A stretch of 64,000 nt of DNA from Selaginella moellendorffii. Taxonomy: Eukaryota; Plantae; Lycopodiophyta. Of this stretch, positions 63,170-64,000 are shown in pieces. The stretch's first letter is position 1. Each line of letters opens with the position of its first letter. A program made the position numbers and the translations under genes. Location of the stretch: NCBI RefSeq assembly GCF_000143415.4, contig NW_003314342.1, positions 810,319-874,318 of the forward strand, written 5' to 3'. The notes below the pieces were generated by a model. That model was not told the origin of the DNA and did no database searches. It worked only from the letters and a program-made list of their open reading frames with translations.

Positions 63170-64000
63170 ATGCCCAAGAGTATGATCCTTAAAAGTAGCT
63201 CCCCCTGTTCACCTTTGTCTACAATGCCCCTGGACAATAATGTTTGGAGAGGCTTAAATAGAAGTCTGTAGCCATCTGGTGTCTCCTTGAACTGTTAGAT
63301 ACACACTAATGCAGCTTCAGAAAGAAGTGGCTTGGTTACCTATGTAGTAAATAACCTAGATTGGCAATTTAATGTAATTAGCATATAACCCATAATTAGA
63401 TCTTTCATGAGTTTGGACCAAAAGTCTATAGAAATCCCATATCTGATTCCCAACATGGTAATGCACACATGCTCACTGTACTAGGTGATATAACCAAGGT
63501 AAGCTTATACTGCACAATCCCAAATACCGTTCAAAACGCCTCTGCTTTACATGCATCTGTAGCACGCTCAAGCCATCAGTGAGGATCCTGGCAGGATTCA
63601 AATGCATAAATAGCAGGATCCTGATTCCCCTGTGTAGATGTAGCCAGCAGAGTGTGCTGTTTTCCCCGATATCTCCCTTAAAGAAGGCAATCAAAGGAGA
63701 CGGAAGAAAAAACCCAAGGACCGGATTCCGACTCTGCAAAGAAGGATCGCACCACTCGGGTTCTAAGAAATTGGTGACCCTGGATGTAGTGTCTATGAAC
63801 AGAATTAAACATGTTCCACCTAACACTCGTGTAGATCTTCGAAGTGGGATGTACACGTTTTCTTCCCGTCCATCTATGGAAGGTAATAGCAACCAGGCTT
63901 CATCGAAGACAAACAGCAGCTTCAACGGTTGGCCAAGGGATCCTGTAGAGTCACCTGCAGCATGCAGTGCGTGCCGTCTGCGGGTCGGTTCCCTTTTTTT
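63170..64000 (-). pseudogene. Second copy of the QSSGxGKSR-type NTPase gene (continues past the window end)
   Basis: Walker B LLFVFDEA, IDTTSRVTNF, DPSLQSR and GIVDKGEQGELLLRIILLG, with frameshifts. Confidence 0.7.

Larger units (their letters stand above)
51170..63866 (+). repeat. Segmental duplication of ~16316-32620 (direct orientation, with indels)
   Basis: Same order in both blocks: PPR, orphan, UGT, PPR remnant, Cassandra-like TRIM, RNase H remnant, LARD insertion, gag remnant, Cassandra-like TRIM, NTPase. Confidence 0.9.

Noticed and set aside
51170-63866. Duplication as a haplotype-assembly artefact
   Set aside because: The blocks differ by many substitutions, different pseudogene lesions and different transposon states, and a third cassette lies between them.

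Overview
Eukaryotic, repeat-rich plant DNA. It is most likely the lycophyte Selaginella, inferred from ~50-100 bp introns, PLS-class PPR genes, a DUF3455 gene and the UGT style. The window has five parts. (1) 1-13.5 kb: a nest of LTR elements, comprising a young non-coding LARD-like element, a tandem TRIM array, and a full-length chromodomain Ty3/gypsy element with six nonsense codons. (2) 14.6-15.8 kb: a secreted protein with two DUF3455 domains. (3) A PPR / orphan gene / UDP-glycosyltransferase cassette present three times (~16-21, 35-38.6 and 51-55 kb), each copy having lost different members. Copies 1 and 3 sit in a larger segmental duplication. (4) Decayed genes for a fungal/oomycete-type QSSGxGKS P-loop NTPase and a NYN nuclease domain. 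(5) Many decayed gypsy fragments and solo LTRs, plus at least six copies of a small TRIM whose LTRs carry the 5S rRNA internal promoter (Cassandra-like). An assembly gap lies at 57114-57794. The most notable signals are the Cassandra-like family, a duplicated covarying multi-stem RNA motif inside the LARD, tRNA-independent self-priming and -1 frameshift signals in the chromovirus, and the orphan gene that always travels with the UGT. All calls were made by eye without database searches.
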